A DNA stretch of 38,574 nucleotides, taken from positions 7,597-46,170 of the forward strand of contig CAYRZY010000002.1 of the NCBI GenBank assembly GCA_964428855.1, written 5' to 3'. Under the pieces are notes generated by a model. The model saw only the letters and a program-made list of their open reading frames with translations, ran no database searches and was not told the DNA's origin. A program made the translations under genes and the position numbers. Source of the stretch: an uncultured Flavobacteriaceae bacterium. GTDB taxonomy: Bacteria; Bacteroidota; Bacteroidia; Flavobacteriales; Flavobacteriaceae. Positions 27,772-37,295 of this stretch are shown in pieces (within the stretch, counting starts at the first letter, position 1; each line of letters starts with the position of its first letter).

Positions 27772-28971
27772 ATGTACGGAAACATCAAACAACATTTACA
27801 AGAAGAACTTAACACTATAAAAAGTGCAGGTTTGTATAAATCAGAGCGTATCATCACCTCATCACAAGATGCAGTTATAAAAATTTCTACAGGCGAAGAA
27901 GTTATAAATTTTTGTGCAAATAATTATTTAGGCTTGTCTAATCATCCTCAAATAATACAAGCGGCCAAAGACACCATGGATTCGCATGGCTTTGGTATGT
28001 CATCTGTTCGTTTTATTTGCGGAACACAAGATATCCACAAAGAATTAGAACAAAAAATAGCTGGTTTTTACGGCTTTGAAGACACCATTCTTTATGCTGC
28101 TGCTTTTGATGCTAATGGCGGTGTTTTTGAACCTTTATTGACCAAAGAAGATGCTATTATTTCTGATTCTTTAAATCATGCTTCTATTATTGATGGTGTG
28201 CGTTTGTGTAAAGCTGCCAGGTATCGCTATCAAAATAATGATATGGATGAGCTTGAAGCACGGTTAAAAGAAGCAACTAAAGCTGGTACACGATTCAAAA
28301 TTATTGTCACTGATGGTGTGTTTTCAATGGATGGTATTGTGGCTAGTCTTGATAAAATATGTGATTTAGCTGATAAATATGATGCTATGGTTATGGTTGA
28401 TGAATGCCATGCTACTGGATTTATTGGTAAAACAGGACGAGGGACTTTAGAACTCAAAAATGTATTAGATAGAGTTGATATTGTTACGGGTACGCTAGGA
28501 AAAGCTCTCGGCGGAGCTATGGGAGGATATACCACAGCAAAAAAAGAAATTATTGAAATTTTACGTCAGCGTTCTAGACCTTACTTATTTTCAAATTCTC
28601 TCGCTCCTGCTATTGTTGGGGCTTCTTTAAAGGTGTTTGATTTATTAGAAAACGATACTTCATTACGTGATAAATTAGAATGGAATACAAACTACTTCCG
28701 TAAAGGAATGGAAAGTGCTGGTTTTGACCTTGTCGGAGCTGATGCTGCAATTGTACCTGTGATGTTGTACGATGCAAAACTATCTCAAAACATGGCAAAT
28801 GCTTTATTAGAAGAAGGTATTTATGTCATCGGATTCTTTTTCCCTGTCGTACCAAAGGATAAAGCTAGAATTAGAGTGCAACTTTCAGCAGCTCATAGCC
28901 AAGAGCATTTAGACAAAGCGATTGCTGCTTTTATTAAAGTTGGGAAACAACTTTCTGTCATTCCTGCGTAG
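27772..28971 (+). CDS. kbl: Glycine C-acetyltransferase (2-amino-3-ketobutyrate CoA ligase)
   Basis: [42 protein letters not shown] and [12 protein letters not shown] 27772 follows a -7 box TACTTTTG at 27737-27744. Confidence 0.96.
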   Translation: MYGNIKQHLQEELNTIKSAGLYKSERIITSSQDAVIKISTGEEVINFCANNYLGLSNHPQIIQAAKDTMDSHGFGMSSVRFICGTQDIHKELEQKIAGFYGFEDTILYAAAFDANGGVFEPLLTKEDAIISDSLNHASIIDGVRLCKAARYRYQNNDMDELEARLKEATKAGTRFKIIVTDGVFSMDGIVASLDKICDLADKYDAMVMVDECHATGFIGKTGRGTLELKNVLDRVDIVTGTLGKALGGAMGGYTTAKKEIIEILRQRSRPYLFSNSLAPAIVGASLKVFDLLENDTSLRDKLEWNTNYFRKGMESAGFDLVGADAAIVPVMLYDAKLSQNMANALLEEGIYVIGFFFPVVPKDKARIRVQLSAAHSQEHLDKAIAAFIKVGKQLSVIPA

Positions 28972-29014
28972 ATAGTTACCTCATTATAATTACATTTGTT
29001 TAAATTTTTAGTGC

Positions 29015-29503
29015 ATGAAAATAAGAATCACCAAACATTTCGATTTTGAAACCGCACATGCTTTGTATGGCTATGATGGTAAATGTAAAAATATTCACGG
29101 TCATAGTTATCAACTCTATGTTACGATTATTGGTACACCTATCAACGATGCTAACCATGTAAAAAACGGTATGGTACTCGATTTTGGCGACTTAAAACAT
29201 ATTGTGAAATCTGAAATAGTTGATGTCTTTGACCATGCAACTGTATTGAATAAAAATTCACCACATGCAGCGTTGGGTGAAAAAATAAAACCACATTCAC
29301 CAAAGGTATTATTGGTTGATTATCAGCCTACAAGTGAAAATATGCTCATAGATTTTGCTGAAAAAATTAGTAAACATTTACCAGATGCTGTTAAATTGCA
29401 TTCTCTAAAACTTTATGAAACTAATAATTCTTATGCTGAATGGTTTGCTGATGATCAAGTCTCTCCCTCCGCCCTCTCCGAAGGAAAGGGAACCAATTCT
29501 TAG
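29015..29503 (+). CDS. queD: 6-carboxytetrahydropterin synthase
   Basis: FETAH, CKNIHGHSY, DFGDLK, FDHA, PTSEN and LYET. Confidence 0.93.
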   Translation: MKIRITKHFDFETAHALYGYDGKCKNIHGHSYQLYVTIIGTPINDANHVKNGMVLDFGDLKHIVKSEIVDVFDHATVLNKNSPHAALGEKIKPHSPKVLLVDYQPTSENMLIDFAEKISKHLPDAVKLHSLKLYETNNSYAEWFADDQVSPSALSEGKGTNS

Positions 29504-29513
29504 CTTTGATTTC

Positions 29514-29541
29514 AAATTTTAAATCCCAAATTTTAAATGCT
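29514..29541. repeat. Heptameric short tandem repeat
   Basis: AAATTTT AAATCCC AAATTTT AAATGCT. Confidence 0.45.
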
Positions 29542-29579
29542 TAATTCATTTTAACTATTTTTGAAGTCAAATCTCATTA

Positions 29580-30344
29580 ATGAATATTAAATTATCAGAA
29601 CATAAAAAAATATACTTTGCCTCTGACCAGCATTTTGGCATACCAAATCCTAAAAAAAGTTTGGTACGTGAAAAAAAGTTTGTACAATGGCTAGATACTG
29701 CCAAGCAGGATGCCGAAGCTATTTTTTTATTGGGTGATTTATTCGATTGTTGGTATGAATATAAAACCGTTGTTCCAAAAGGATTTGTACGTGTGTTAGG
29801 TAAGTTAGCTGAAATTAGTGATAGCGGAATACCTATTCATTTTTTTGTAGGAAATCATGATTTATGGATGCTTGATTATTTTGAAAAAGAATTGAATATT
29901 CCTGTGCATTACAAACCCTTAGAATTGACGATAAATAACACCTCGTTTTTAATTGGTCATGGTGATGGATTAGGTCCAAATGATAAAGGCTATAAGCGAA
30001 TGAAAAAAATGTTTACCAATCCTTTTTCTAAATGGTTATACCGATGGGTTCATCCTGATTGGGGGTTGCGTTTTGCACAATACCTATCCACAAAAAATAA
30101 ATTAATTTCTGGTGATGAAGATATTAAATTTCTTGGCGAGGATAACGAATGGTTGGTACAATATGCCAAGAGAAAATTAGAGATAAAACATACCGATTAT
30201 TTTATCTTTGGCCATCGGCATTTACCTATGGAAATTGAAGTAGGTAAACAAAGTAAATACATTAATATTGGCGATTGGATTTCTTATTTTACCTATGGGG
30301 TTTTTGATGGAGAAAAAATGGAATTAAAAGAATATAAAATTTAA
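29580..30344 (+). CDS. lpxH: UDP-2,3-diacylglucosamine diphosphatase (LpxH-like metallophosphoesterase)
   Basis: SDQHFG, LGDLFD, GNHD, GHGD, FGHRH and NIGDW. Confidence 0.88.
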   Translation: MNIKLSEHKKIYFASDQHFGIPNPKKSLVREKKFVQWLDTAKQDAEAIFLLGDLFDCWYEYKTVVPKGFVRVLGKLAEISDSGIPIHFFVGNHDLWMLDYFEKELNIPVHYKPLELTINNTSFLIGHGDGLGPNDKGYKRMKKMFTNPFSKWLYRWVHPDWGLRFAQYLSTKNKLISGDEDIKFLGEDNEWLVQYAKRKLEIKHTDYFIFGHRHLPMEIEVGKQSKYINIGDWISYFTYGVFDGEKMELKEYKI

Positions 30345-30345
30345 C

Positions 30346-31038
30346 ATGAGTGAAATTGTAGATTTAAGTCAAGAAATATTCTCGGGAATGCCTGTTTATA
30401 AAGGAATGCCTGAAGTGAAAATGACTGTACACAATTCACATGAAGAATGGGAAGGTATTATTGATTCTGATACTATAACACCAAGTGTTTATAAGTTAGA
30501 ATTAGGGGAACATACTGGTACTCATGTTGATGCTTTAAATCATATGGCTCCTCAATATAATGAGCAATCAATTGATACAATGCCTCTCTCTATGTTTTAT
30601 ACTCAGGGGATTTGTTTAGACTTTTCTCATAAAGGTCTGAAAGAGCTTATTGAAGCGTCAGAAATTGAAGAAGCTTGTAAAAATGAAGGTCTAAAAATTA
30701 AAAAAGGTGATACGGTCTTACTTTATACTGATCATTACAGAAAAACCTATGGAAGTGAAAATTGGAGCAATGGTCCGGGAATAACTTCAAAAGCTGCTCG
30801 TTGGCTTGGTAATCAAAAAATAGCAGCTTTTGGTGTTGAAACAATGTCTCCTGGTGTTCCGAAAATTTCTAATAAAGAAGTTCATCGTATTTTCGGAGAA
30901 TTAGGATTTACACATTATGAAAATATGATAAATCTTCATCTTTTAATTCGTCGAGGTCGATTTCAATTTATAGGTCTCCCACTTAAAATAAGAGGAGGAA
31001 CTGGCTCTCCAGTAAGAGCAATTGCTGTGTTTGACTAA
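30346..31038 (+). CDS. Cyclase-family metal-dependent hydrolase (KynB-like)
   Basis: DLSQ...GMP, HTGTHVDA (HxGTHxD), ENM and PLKIRGGTGSPVRAIA. Confidence 0.88.
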   Translation: MSEIVDLSQEIFSGMPVYKGMPEVKMTVHNSHEEWEGIIDSDTITPSVYKLELGEHTGTHVDALNHMAPQYNEQSIDTMPLSMFYTQGICLDFSHKGLKELIEASEIEEACKNEGLKIKKGDTVLLYTDHYRKTYGSENWSNGPGITSKAARWLGNQKIAAFGVETMSPGVPKISNKEVHRIFGELGFTHYENMINLHLLIRRGRFQFIGLPLKIRGGTGSPVRAIAVFD

Positions 31039-31074
31039 TAAATATTTATAACTGATAAATAAACATTTTATAAA

Positions 31075-32430
31075 GTGGCAAAAACAAAAACAACCTTTTT
31101 CTGTCAAAATTGTGGCACACAAACTGCCAGATGGGTAGGTAAATGTACTACTTGTAATGAGTGGAATACTATTGTTGAAGAAATCGTTCAAAAAGAAGAA
31201 AAAAGAGAGTGGAAACAAAGTAAATCTTCTAAAAAAATTGCAAAGCCTCTTAAAATTACTGACATTGCTATCAATGTAGAAGATCGTATTGACACTAATA
31301 ATAATGAACTTAACAGGGTCTTGGGTGGAGGACTGGTAAAAGGGTCTGTAACTTTATTGGGCGGTGAACCTGGTATTGGTAAATCGACCTTAATTTTACA
31401 AATTGCTTTAAGTATTGATAAAAAAGTCCTCTATGTTTCTGGTGAAGAAAGTCAATCGCAAATTAAAATGCGAGCAGAACGTTTAATAAATACAAATACT
31501 GAGTGTTTAATTTTAACAGAAACCAAAACCCAAAACATCTTTAAAAGTATTGAAGAAACACAACCTGATTTGGTGGTAATTGATTCTATTCAAACCCTAC
31601 ATACTGATTATATTGAGGCTTCACCAGGTAGTATCTCTCAAATACGAGAAACCTCTGCCGAATTGATAAAATTTGCCAAAGAAACAGCTACACCTGTATT
31701 ATTAATTGGTCATATCACCAAAGAAGGTGCTATTGCTGGGCCTAAAATTTTAGAGCATATGGTAGATGTGGTTTTACAGTTTGAAGGCGATAGAAATCAT
31801 ACTTATCGTATTTTAAGAGCTCAAAAAAATAGATTTGGCTCTACTGCAGAATTGGGTATTTACGAAATGCTAGGTACTGGTTTACGTGAAGTTGAAAACC
31901 CTTCTGAAATACTCATTTCAGAAAAAGATGGCTCTTTAAGTGGTACGGCCATTGGTGCAACCCTAGAAGGTATGCGGCCTTTAATGATTGAAGTACAAGC
32001 TTTAGTGAGTACGGCAGTTTACGGTACACCCCAACGTTCAACCACAGGTTATAATACCAAAAGGCTAAATATGATTTTAGCCGTTTTAGAAAAGAGGGCA
32101 GGTTTCAGATTAGGTGCTAAAGATGTTTTTTTAAATATTGCTGGTGGTATTTCTGTTGATGATCCTGCTATTGATTTAGCGGTAGTTACCGCTATTTTAT
32201 CCTCTAATGAAGATGAACCTATCCCCCAAGATTATTGTTTTGCAGCTGAGGTTGGTTTGGCAGGTGAAATTAGACCTGTAAACCGTATAGAACAACGAAT
32301 TTTAGAAGCTGAAAAACTAGGATTTAAAAAAATAATTGTATCAAAATATAATAAAATTCCTTCAAAAAAATACGCAATAAGAGTGGTCTTAGTTTCTAAA
32401 ATTGAAGAAGTTTTTCAAGAATTATTCTAG
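31075..32430 (+). CDS. radA: DNA repair protein RadA/Sms
   Basis: CQNCG...CTTC zinc finger, Walker A GEPGIGKST, KNRFG and a Lon-like C-terminus. Confidence 0.98.
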   Translation: MAKTKTTFFCQNCGTQTARWVGKCTTCNEWNTIVEEIVQKEEKREWKQSKSSKKIAKPLKITDIAINVEDRIDTNNNELNRVLGGGLVKGSVTLLGGEPGIGKSTLILQIALSIDKKVLYVSGEESQSQIKMRAERLINTNTECLILTETKTQNIFKSIEETQPDLVVIDSIQTLHTDYIEASPGSISQIRETSAELIKFAKETATPVLLIGHITKEGAIAGPKILEHMVDVVLQFEGDRNHTYRILRAQKNRFGSTAELGIYEMLGTGLREVENPSEILISEKDGSLSGTAIGATLEGMRPLMIEVQALVSTAVYGTPQRSTTGYNTKRLNMILAVLEKRAGFRLGAKDVFLNIAGGISVDDPAIDLAVVTAILSSNEDEPIPQDYCFAAEVGLAGEIRPVNRIEQRILEAEKLGFKKIIVSKYNKIPSKKYAIRVVLVSKIEEVFQELF

Positions 32431-32434
32431 ATCG

Positions 32435-33283
32435 TTATTCTTTGATGTTTTCAATTTCCCAACCATCATAATAACCAGAATATCTTGTTGCTAATAAACC
32501 TAAAATCCGTGTCATTTCATTGATAAAATCTGGTTTGATATTATCTTCTCTAGAAAATTGTACTTCAAATAGCTGCTTAGTATCTTGTTTTAGTTTAAGA
32601 CTATCTACCTTAAAGTTTAGGATTTTTATTTTTTCGATAAACTTCTGTCTTCTTTTTCCTTTTTTGAAAGATGCCCAATGTTTAATCTCCTTTTTTTTAG
32701 AGAAGTCTACTCCTTCATAAAACAGCTGATTTAAGTATTCTTGGTTTGCATCATTCGTAAAAGATGACAAATAGTTAGAAAAGAATACTTCGTTAAAATA
32801 TTTCCAACTTTTGTCCCTTTGTAAAACAATATAATTCTTCGAATTCTTAAAATTATTTTGATATAATGTATTGATGCTTTTTCGAAGGTTCAAAGTATCT
32901 TTTACATAATAAATATCAAATCCAGAACATTGATACGTTAGAATTCCCACCAATTTGTTTTTAGTCAATTTATCTATGACATGTGCAACAGAATCTGAAA
33001 AAGAATAAATTTCTTCGAGGCCTTCAGCTTTAGGGGCTCCGTTTTTAAAACATTTTTTAGTATTACTCCCAACAATTAACAAGTTTCTATAATTTGGTTT
33101 TTCCAACACATATTTATAGTTCGTTGTAATGCTCATCATTCCTTTTTCTTTTTCAGTAAGATAGCTGTACCAATCGTCTTCTTGAGCGGTGACAACAAAA
33201 CTTCCTAAAAATAAAACGATAAAAATATACTTGAAATATTGAATTGAGTTTACCAAAATAATTGAGTTAATTTCTAATACCAA
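32435..33283 (-). CDS. Exported DUF695 + RraB-like domain protein
   Basis: Signal peptide ending VTAQ; DDWYSY, NGAP, VGILT, IYYVKD, DKSWKY, IKHWASF and GYYDGWE. Start uncertain. Confidence 0.75.
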   Translation of the reverse strand: MVLEINSIILVNSIQYFKYIFIVLFLGSFVVTAQEDDWYSYLTEKEKGMMSITTNYKYVLEKPNYRNLLIVGSNTKKCFKNGAPKAEGLEEIYSFSDSVAHVIDKLTKNKLVGILTYQCSGFDIYYVKDTLNLRKSINTLYQNNFKNSKNYIVLQRDKSWKYFNEVFFSNYLSSFTNDANQEYLNQLFYEGVDFSKKKEIKHWASFKKGKRRQKFIEKIKILNFKVDSLKLKQDTKQLFEVQFSREDNIKPDFINEMTRILGLLATRYSGYYDGWEIENIKE

Positions 33284-33475
33284 TTTAGGTTATAAAATTA
33301 GTCATTAATAAATTGAATTATTTTTTACTTTAAAAAGACAAAAAAATAAAACATAGCTTTGTTATGGTTTCTTTTTTTAACAAATTTTAAGTGAAAAAGA
33401 AACGGTTTATATGATTCATTTTATGGTTAAATTGGTATAATATAATAATCAAAAATCGTACCTTAATTGATTTTT

Positions 33476-33520
33476 AAAAAAAATCCTGTAAAATGCTAAA
33501 ATAACACTTTACAGGATTTT
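33476..33520 (-). terminator. Intrinsic terminator after DUF3829 lipoprotein gene
   Basis: AAATCCTGTAAAATG...CACTTTACAGGATTT with flanking A8/T runs. Confidence 0.75.
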
Positions 33521-33537
33521 ATAGTTTATTTAAATAA

Positions 33538-34434
33538 TTACATAAAACGATTATAATCATCTATTAAATGTCCATATCCTCTTTGTACATCATCTGCATC
33601 ACTTTTAGAAATTTGCCCATCTCTTTTATCTTTTCTTAGCTCACCTAAAAAATCATCTAGCTCTTCGTAAAACGAAACATAAAATCTTTTTTTACCTTGT
33701 TCTTTTAATAATTCAGGAGTTAAAACTCTATGTTTTTTAGCGTTATTTTCTAATTCTGTATATTTAGTATTTAAAGCATCTATATCAACTTTTTTAGCAA
33801 AAACTATATTTAAAATTTCTTCAGCTAATTTTAAATCTTGTTTTGTAGCTAAAATTGTTTCTCTTAGTGGGTGGTCTTTTAATAATTCTATCTCAGCAGC
33901 ATCTGCCAATGGTTTTATTGTTTTATATGCTTCTGATCTTTGGTCGTAAAAATTAGTAATATTTTTTTCTATAATATCAGTATACTCTTTTCCTTTTGAC
34001 CAATCATCATCTTTGAAATCTTCATTATCTAAATAGGTTTTAAAATCTGCATACGCTTTTTTTGTGTTTTCAAAAGATTCAGCAGCCGATTTCATATTAC
34101 CAACTAACTTCTCTTTTACATCAGAAGGTAAGCTATTTTCTGGTTCTAATAAGAATTTTTCTAACGTTGGTGAACTTCCTATAAAAGCGATGCCCATAAA
34201 CATTCTTGGTTTTCTTTTTTGAGTTACCATAGCACTCATTTTATCATAATCTTTCGCAGTTGCATCTATTTTATCACCTGCTTTATTCATATAATCAATC
34301 ATTGCATTGTTATAGGTTATGAGACCACCTGCTGTTTCTCCACTTAAAGAACCTACAGTATCTTTTTCTTTGTCACTTAATTTACCACAGCTTACTGCCA
34401 TGATTGCTACTAATAATAAAATTCTAAATTTCAT
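33538..34434 (-). CDS. YiiG/DUF3829-family helical lipoprotein
   Basis: MKFRILLLVAIMAVSC lipoprotein signal from ATG 34434 (track: 34500); YLDNEDFKDDDWSKGK and LIDDYN motifs. Confidence 0.78.
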   Translation of the reverse strand: MKFRILLLVAIMAVSCGKLSDKEKDTVGSLSGETAGGLITYNNAMIDYMNKAGDKIDATAKDYDKMSAMVTQKRKPRMFMGIAFIGSSPTLEKFLLEPENSLPSDVKEKLVGNMKSAAESFENTKKAYADFKTYLDNEDFKDDDWSKGKEYTDIIEKNITNFYDQRSEAYKTIKPLADAAEIELLKDHPLRETILATKQDLKLAEEILNIVFAKKVDIDALNTKYTELENNAKKHRVLTPELLKEQGKKRFYVSFYEELDDFLGELRKDKRDGQISKSDADDVQRGYGHLIDDYNRFM

Positions 34435-34517
34435 AATAAAAAGGTTTTGGTTTATTGTTGGGGTAAAGATATATAATAAATTTTGTAACTTGATAACCAT
34501 TATATATTCGTAGTCAT

Positions 34518-37295
34518 ATGTTTTATATCTGTCGCTATTTCTTCTTTATTCGGTTTATTACACTCTCTTGTCTACTATTTTTTGTATTATTTATTAACGC
34601 TCAAACAAATACGAATATTGTTAAAGGTACTTTAATCGATTATAAAACTCAAAAACCTCTCTTAGGTGCGAAAGTGTTTTTTATTGGAACGGAACATGTA
34701 CAATTTACAAATATTGAAGGAAAATTCTTGCTAAATAACATCCCAACTGGTAATCAAATCTTAAAAATTAGTCTTACTGATTATGAAACTAAGAATTATC
34801 CGCTAGAGCTTACTGAAAATGAAACGATAACTTTAGGGACAATTTACCTTATCAATGACTCAACAGTTTTGGATGAAATCGGACAAATAGAGTGGACCGA
34901 AAATCCTTTTGATAACAATTCAACTTATTTATCAACGTCAAGAGATGTGTTTTCAAAACGGGTCGCCTATGATTTTAGTCAAACTTTTTTTAGTATTCGT
35001 GGTTATGATGCAACAACTACTGAGATGATGATTAACGGAATAAACATGAATAGCCTTTTTGATGGCAGACCTCAATGGAAAGGCTGGGTCGGTTTGAATG
35101 ATATTACTCGCCATAAAATGGTAACTCAAGGGCTTTCTGTTTCTACAACTACATTTGGAAATCTCTTAGGTACTGCTAATATCAACACCAGAGCTTCAGA
35201 AATGCGTCCTGGTTTTCGAGTTTCTAGCTCTTATTCTAACAAAAATTACACAGGTAGTGCTATGGCTACTTATAATTCTGGATTGCAAAAAAACGGATTA
35301 TCATATAGTATTTCTGCTTCTAGAAGATGGGGAAATGAAGGTTATGTTAATGCTACTTTATATGATGCTTTTAGTCTTTTAGCTGCTGTAGAATATAACT
35401 TAAACAAAAAAAACAGTGTAAACGCTACAGCAATTTATGCACCAAGCAGAAGCGGACAAACAACAGCGATCACTGAACGTTCTTTTAATGAATTTGGAGC
35501 TAAATACAACCCTTATTGGGGATGGCAAGAAGGTGAAAAGAGAAATTCTAGCATCAAAAAATTTGAAATGCCTATTTTTATATTAAGTCATTTTTATGCA
35601 ACCGAAAATACCTCTTTAACAACAAGTATTGGGTATCAGTTTGGTAAACAAGGCAGTAGTCGTCTAGATTATACTAACACACCAAATCCTTATCCTAATT
35701 ATTGGAAATATTTGCCTGTAATTAACGAAAACCCACAAATTAATTGGCTAAACCTCTATGAAACAAACTTAAATACAGATAATCTTTCTGACAGAGGAGC
35801 TGCTCGTTATTTCGTCTATGAAAATTTAAAAGAGGATAAAACGATGACAATAAATTCTGTTTTCAATACCAAAATAAACCTTCATGTCAATTTGGATATT
35901 GGGCTAACTTTTAAAGGTTTTAAATCGGATAATTATGCAACACCAAAAGATTTATTGGGATCATCCTTTTATATTGATGTCAATCCTTTTAATTTGATTG
36001 ATGGAAAACCTGTTGAAAATGATATTTTAGGATTTAATCAAAAAAGAATAGGTGATAGAATTAAATACAATTTTGACCTCAATGCAAATCAACTCAATGC
36101 TTTTACACAATTGCGATTTAAAACTAATAATTTTGACTTTTTTATTGCAGGAAACTACACCAATACTAGCTACCAACGCAACGGAAAATTTTTAAACCAA
36201 TCTTTTGAAAACAACTCTTTAGGTAAAAGTAAAAAATTGACTTTTACTACTTTCGGATTTAAAGGAGGAATCAACTACAGCCTTTCTACTCTTCATCAAA
36301 TTCAAATGAACTTAGCTTATTTAACCAAAGCTCCAACGCTAAAAAACACATTTATAAATTCTAGAGAAAATAATGCTTTAGTTCCAAACCTAAAACCTGA
36401 AATAATAAGCTCTGCTGAAGTAAATTACCTCATAAATTATGAAAAAATTAAAGGGAGGTTAAGCACATACATTACAGAGTTTAAAGAGGGTACAACTGTT
36501 AATTCTTTTTTTGCCGAAATTGGTTCTGGTGCAGATTTTTTTCAAGAAGTAGTCACTAATATTGACAAAAGACATTTAGGTGTAGAATTGGGTCTTGAAT
36601 ATAAAATTACTCCCAACTTTAATACCTCTGCAGTTATTTCTTTTGGACAACATACCTACACCAATAACGCAACTATTGGTGTTAATTTTGACGCTGCTGA
36701 GTTTAGTCAAAACCAAATCAATACTATCGGTTTTGAGAACCTTGGTGAAACAGCTATCAAAAATTACAAAGTTGCAAACGGCCCTCAACAAGCTTATTCT
36801 TTAGGGTTTGAATACAAAAATTTGCATCATTGGTCAATCAATGCTTCAGGTAATTATTTTTCAAATGGTTATTTGGCTGTTTCTACCATCAGTCGTACCT
36901 CTAGTTTTTTTAATAACCCTAATGATTTCGGACAACCTTTTCAAAATATTGACCTTGATTTGGCTAGAAAGTTATTAAAACAAGAAAAATTTGATCCTTA
37001 TTTTTTAGTAGATCTTTCTGCAAGAAAATCTTGGTGGACAAAAGGTACAACCATTAAAATTGTTGCCAGTATTCATAATTTATTTGATAAAACCTATAAA
37101 TCTGGTGGTCACGAACAATCACGTACAGCAAATTATGGAGCTTTGGTTGCTGACACAGCAAACGGTAATCTGCAACGAAATTTCGGCCCAAAATACTGGT
37201 ACGGTTTCGGTAGAACCTATTTTATAAACCTAGCGTTTAGCTTTAAAAAAATGAAATCCTCAAAAGAGAGATTATTAAAAAATAATAAATACTAA
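34518..37295 (+). CDS. TonB-dependent transporter with CarboxypepD_reg-like N-domain; C-terminus reads through expected stop
   Basis: Signal peptide; FSIRGYD, MINGINMN, DGRPQW..W.GLND and YNPYWG; KYWYGFGRTYFINLAFSF followed by 16 extra residues. Confidence 0.9.
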   Translation: MFYICRYFFFIRFITLSCLLFFVLFINAQTNTNIVKGTLIDYKTQKPLLGAKVFFIGTEHVQFTNIEGKFLLNNIPTGNQILKISLTDYETKNYPLELTENETITLGTIYLINDSTVLDEIGQIEWTENPFDNNSTYLSTSRDVFSKRVAYDFSQTFFSIRGYDATTTEMMINGINMNSLFDGRPQWKGWVGLNDITRHKMVTQGLSVSTTTFGNLLGTANINTRASEMRPGFRVSSSYSNKNYTGSAMATYNSGLQKNGLSYSISASRRWGNEGYVNATLYDAFSLLAAVEYNLNKKNSVNATAIYAPSRSGQTTAITERSFNEFGAKYNPYWGWQEGEKRNSSIKKFEMPIFILSHFYATENTSLTTSIGYQFGKQGSSRLDYTNTPNPYPNYWKYLPVINENPQINWLNLYETNLNTDNLSDRGAARYFVYENLKEDKTMTINSVFNTKINLHVNLDIGLTFKGFKSDNYATPKDLLGSSFYIDVNPFNLIDGKPVENDILGFNQKRIGDRIKYNFDLNANQLNAFTQLRFKTNNFDFFIAGNYTNTSYQRNGKFLNQSFENNSLGKSKKLTFTTFGFKGGINYSLSTLHQIQMNLAYLTKAPTLKNTFINSRENNALVPNLKPEIISSAEVNYLINYEKIKGRLSTYITEFKEGTTVNSFFAEIGSGADFFQEVVTNIDKRHLGVELGLEYKITPNFNTSAVISFGQHTYTNNATIGVNFDAAEFSQNQINTIGFENLGETAIKNYKVANGPQQAYSLGFEYKNLHHWSINASGNYFSNGYLAVSTISRTSSFFNNPNDFGQPFQNIDLDLARKLLKQEKFDPYFLVDLSARKSWWTKGTTIKIVASIHNLFDKTYKSGGHEQSRTANYGALVADTANGNLQRNFGPKYWYGFGRTYFINLAFSFKKMKSSKERLLKNNKY

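Noticed and set aside
33290-33420. Decayed gene remnant on the minus strand (MNHINRFFFT*...)
   Set aside because: Only a 10-codon ORF in very AT-rich DNA; cannot be distinguished from chance without homologues.
22687-36804. Short ORFs 22687-22887, 27332-27526, 28230-28535, 28610-28798, 30943-31218, 32520-32720, 34319-34513, 36576-36791, 36595-36804
   Set aside because: All overlap longer, well-supported genes and have shadow-like composition.
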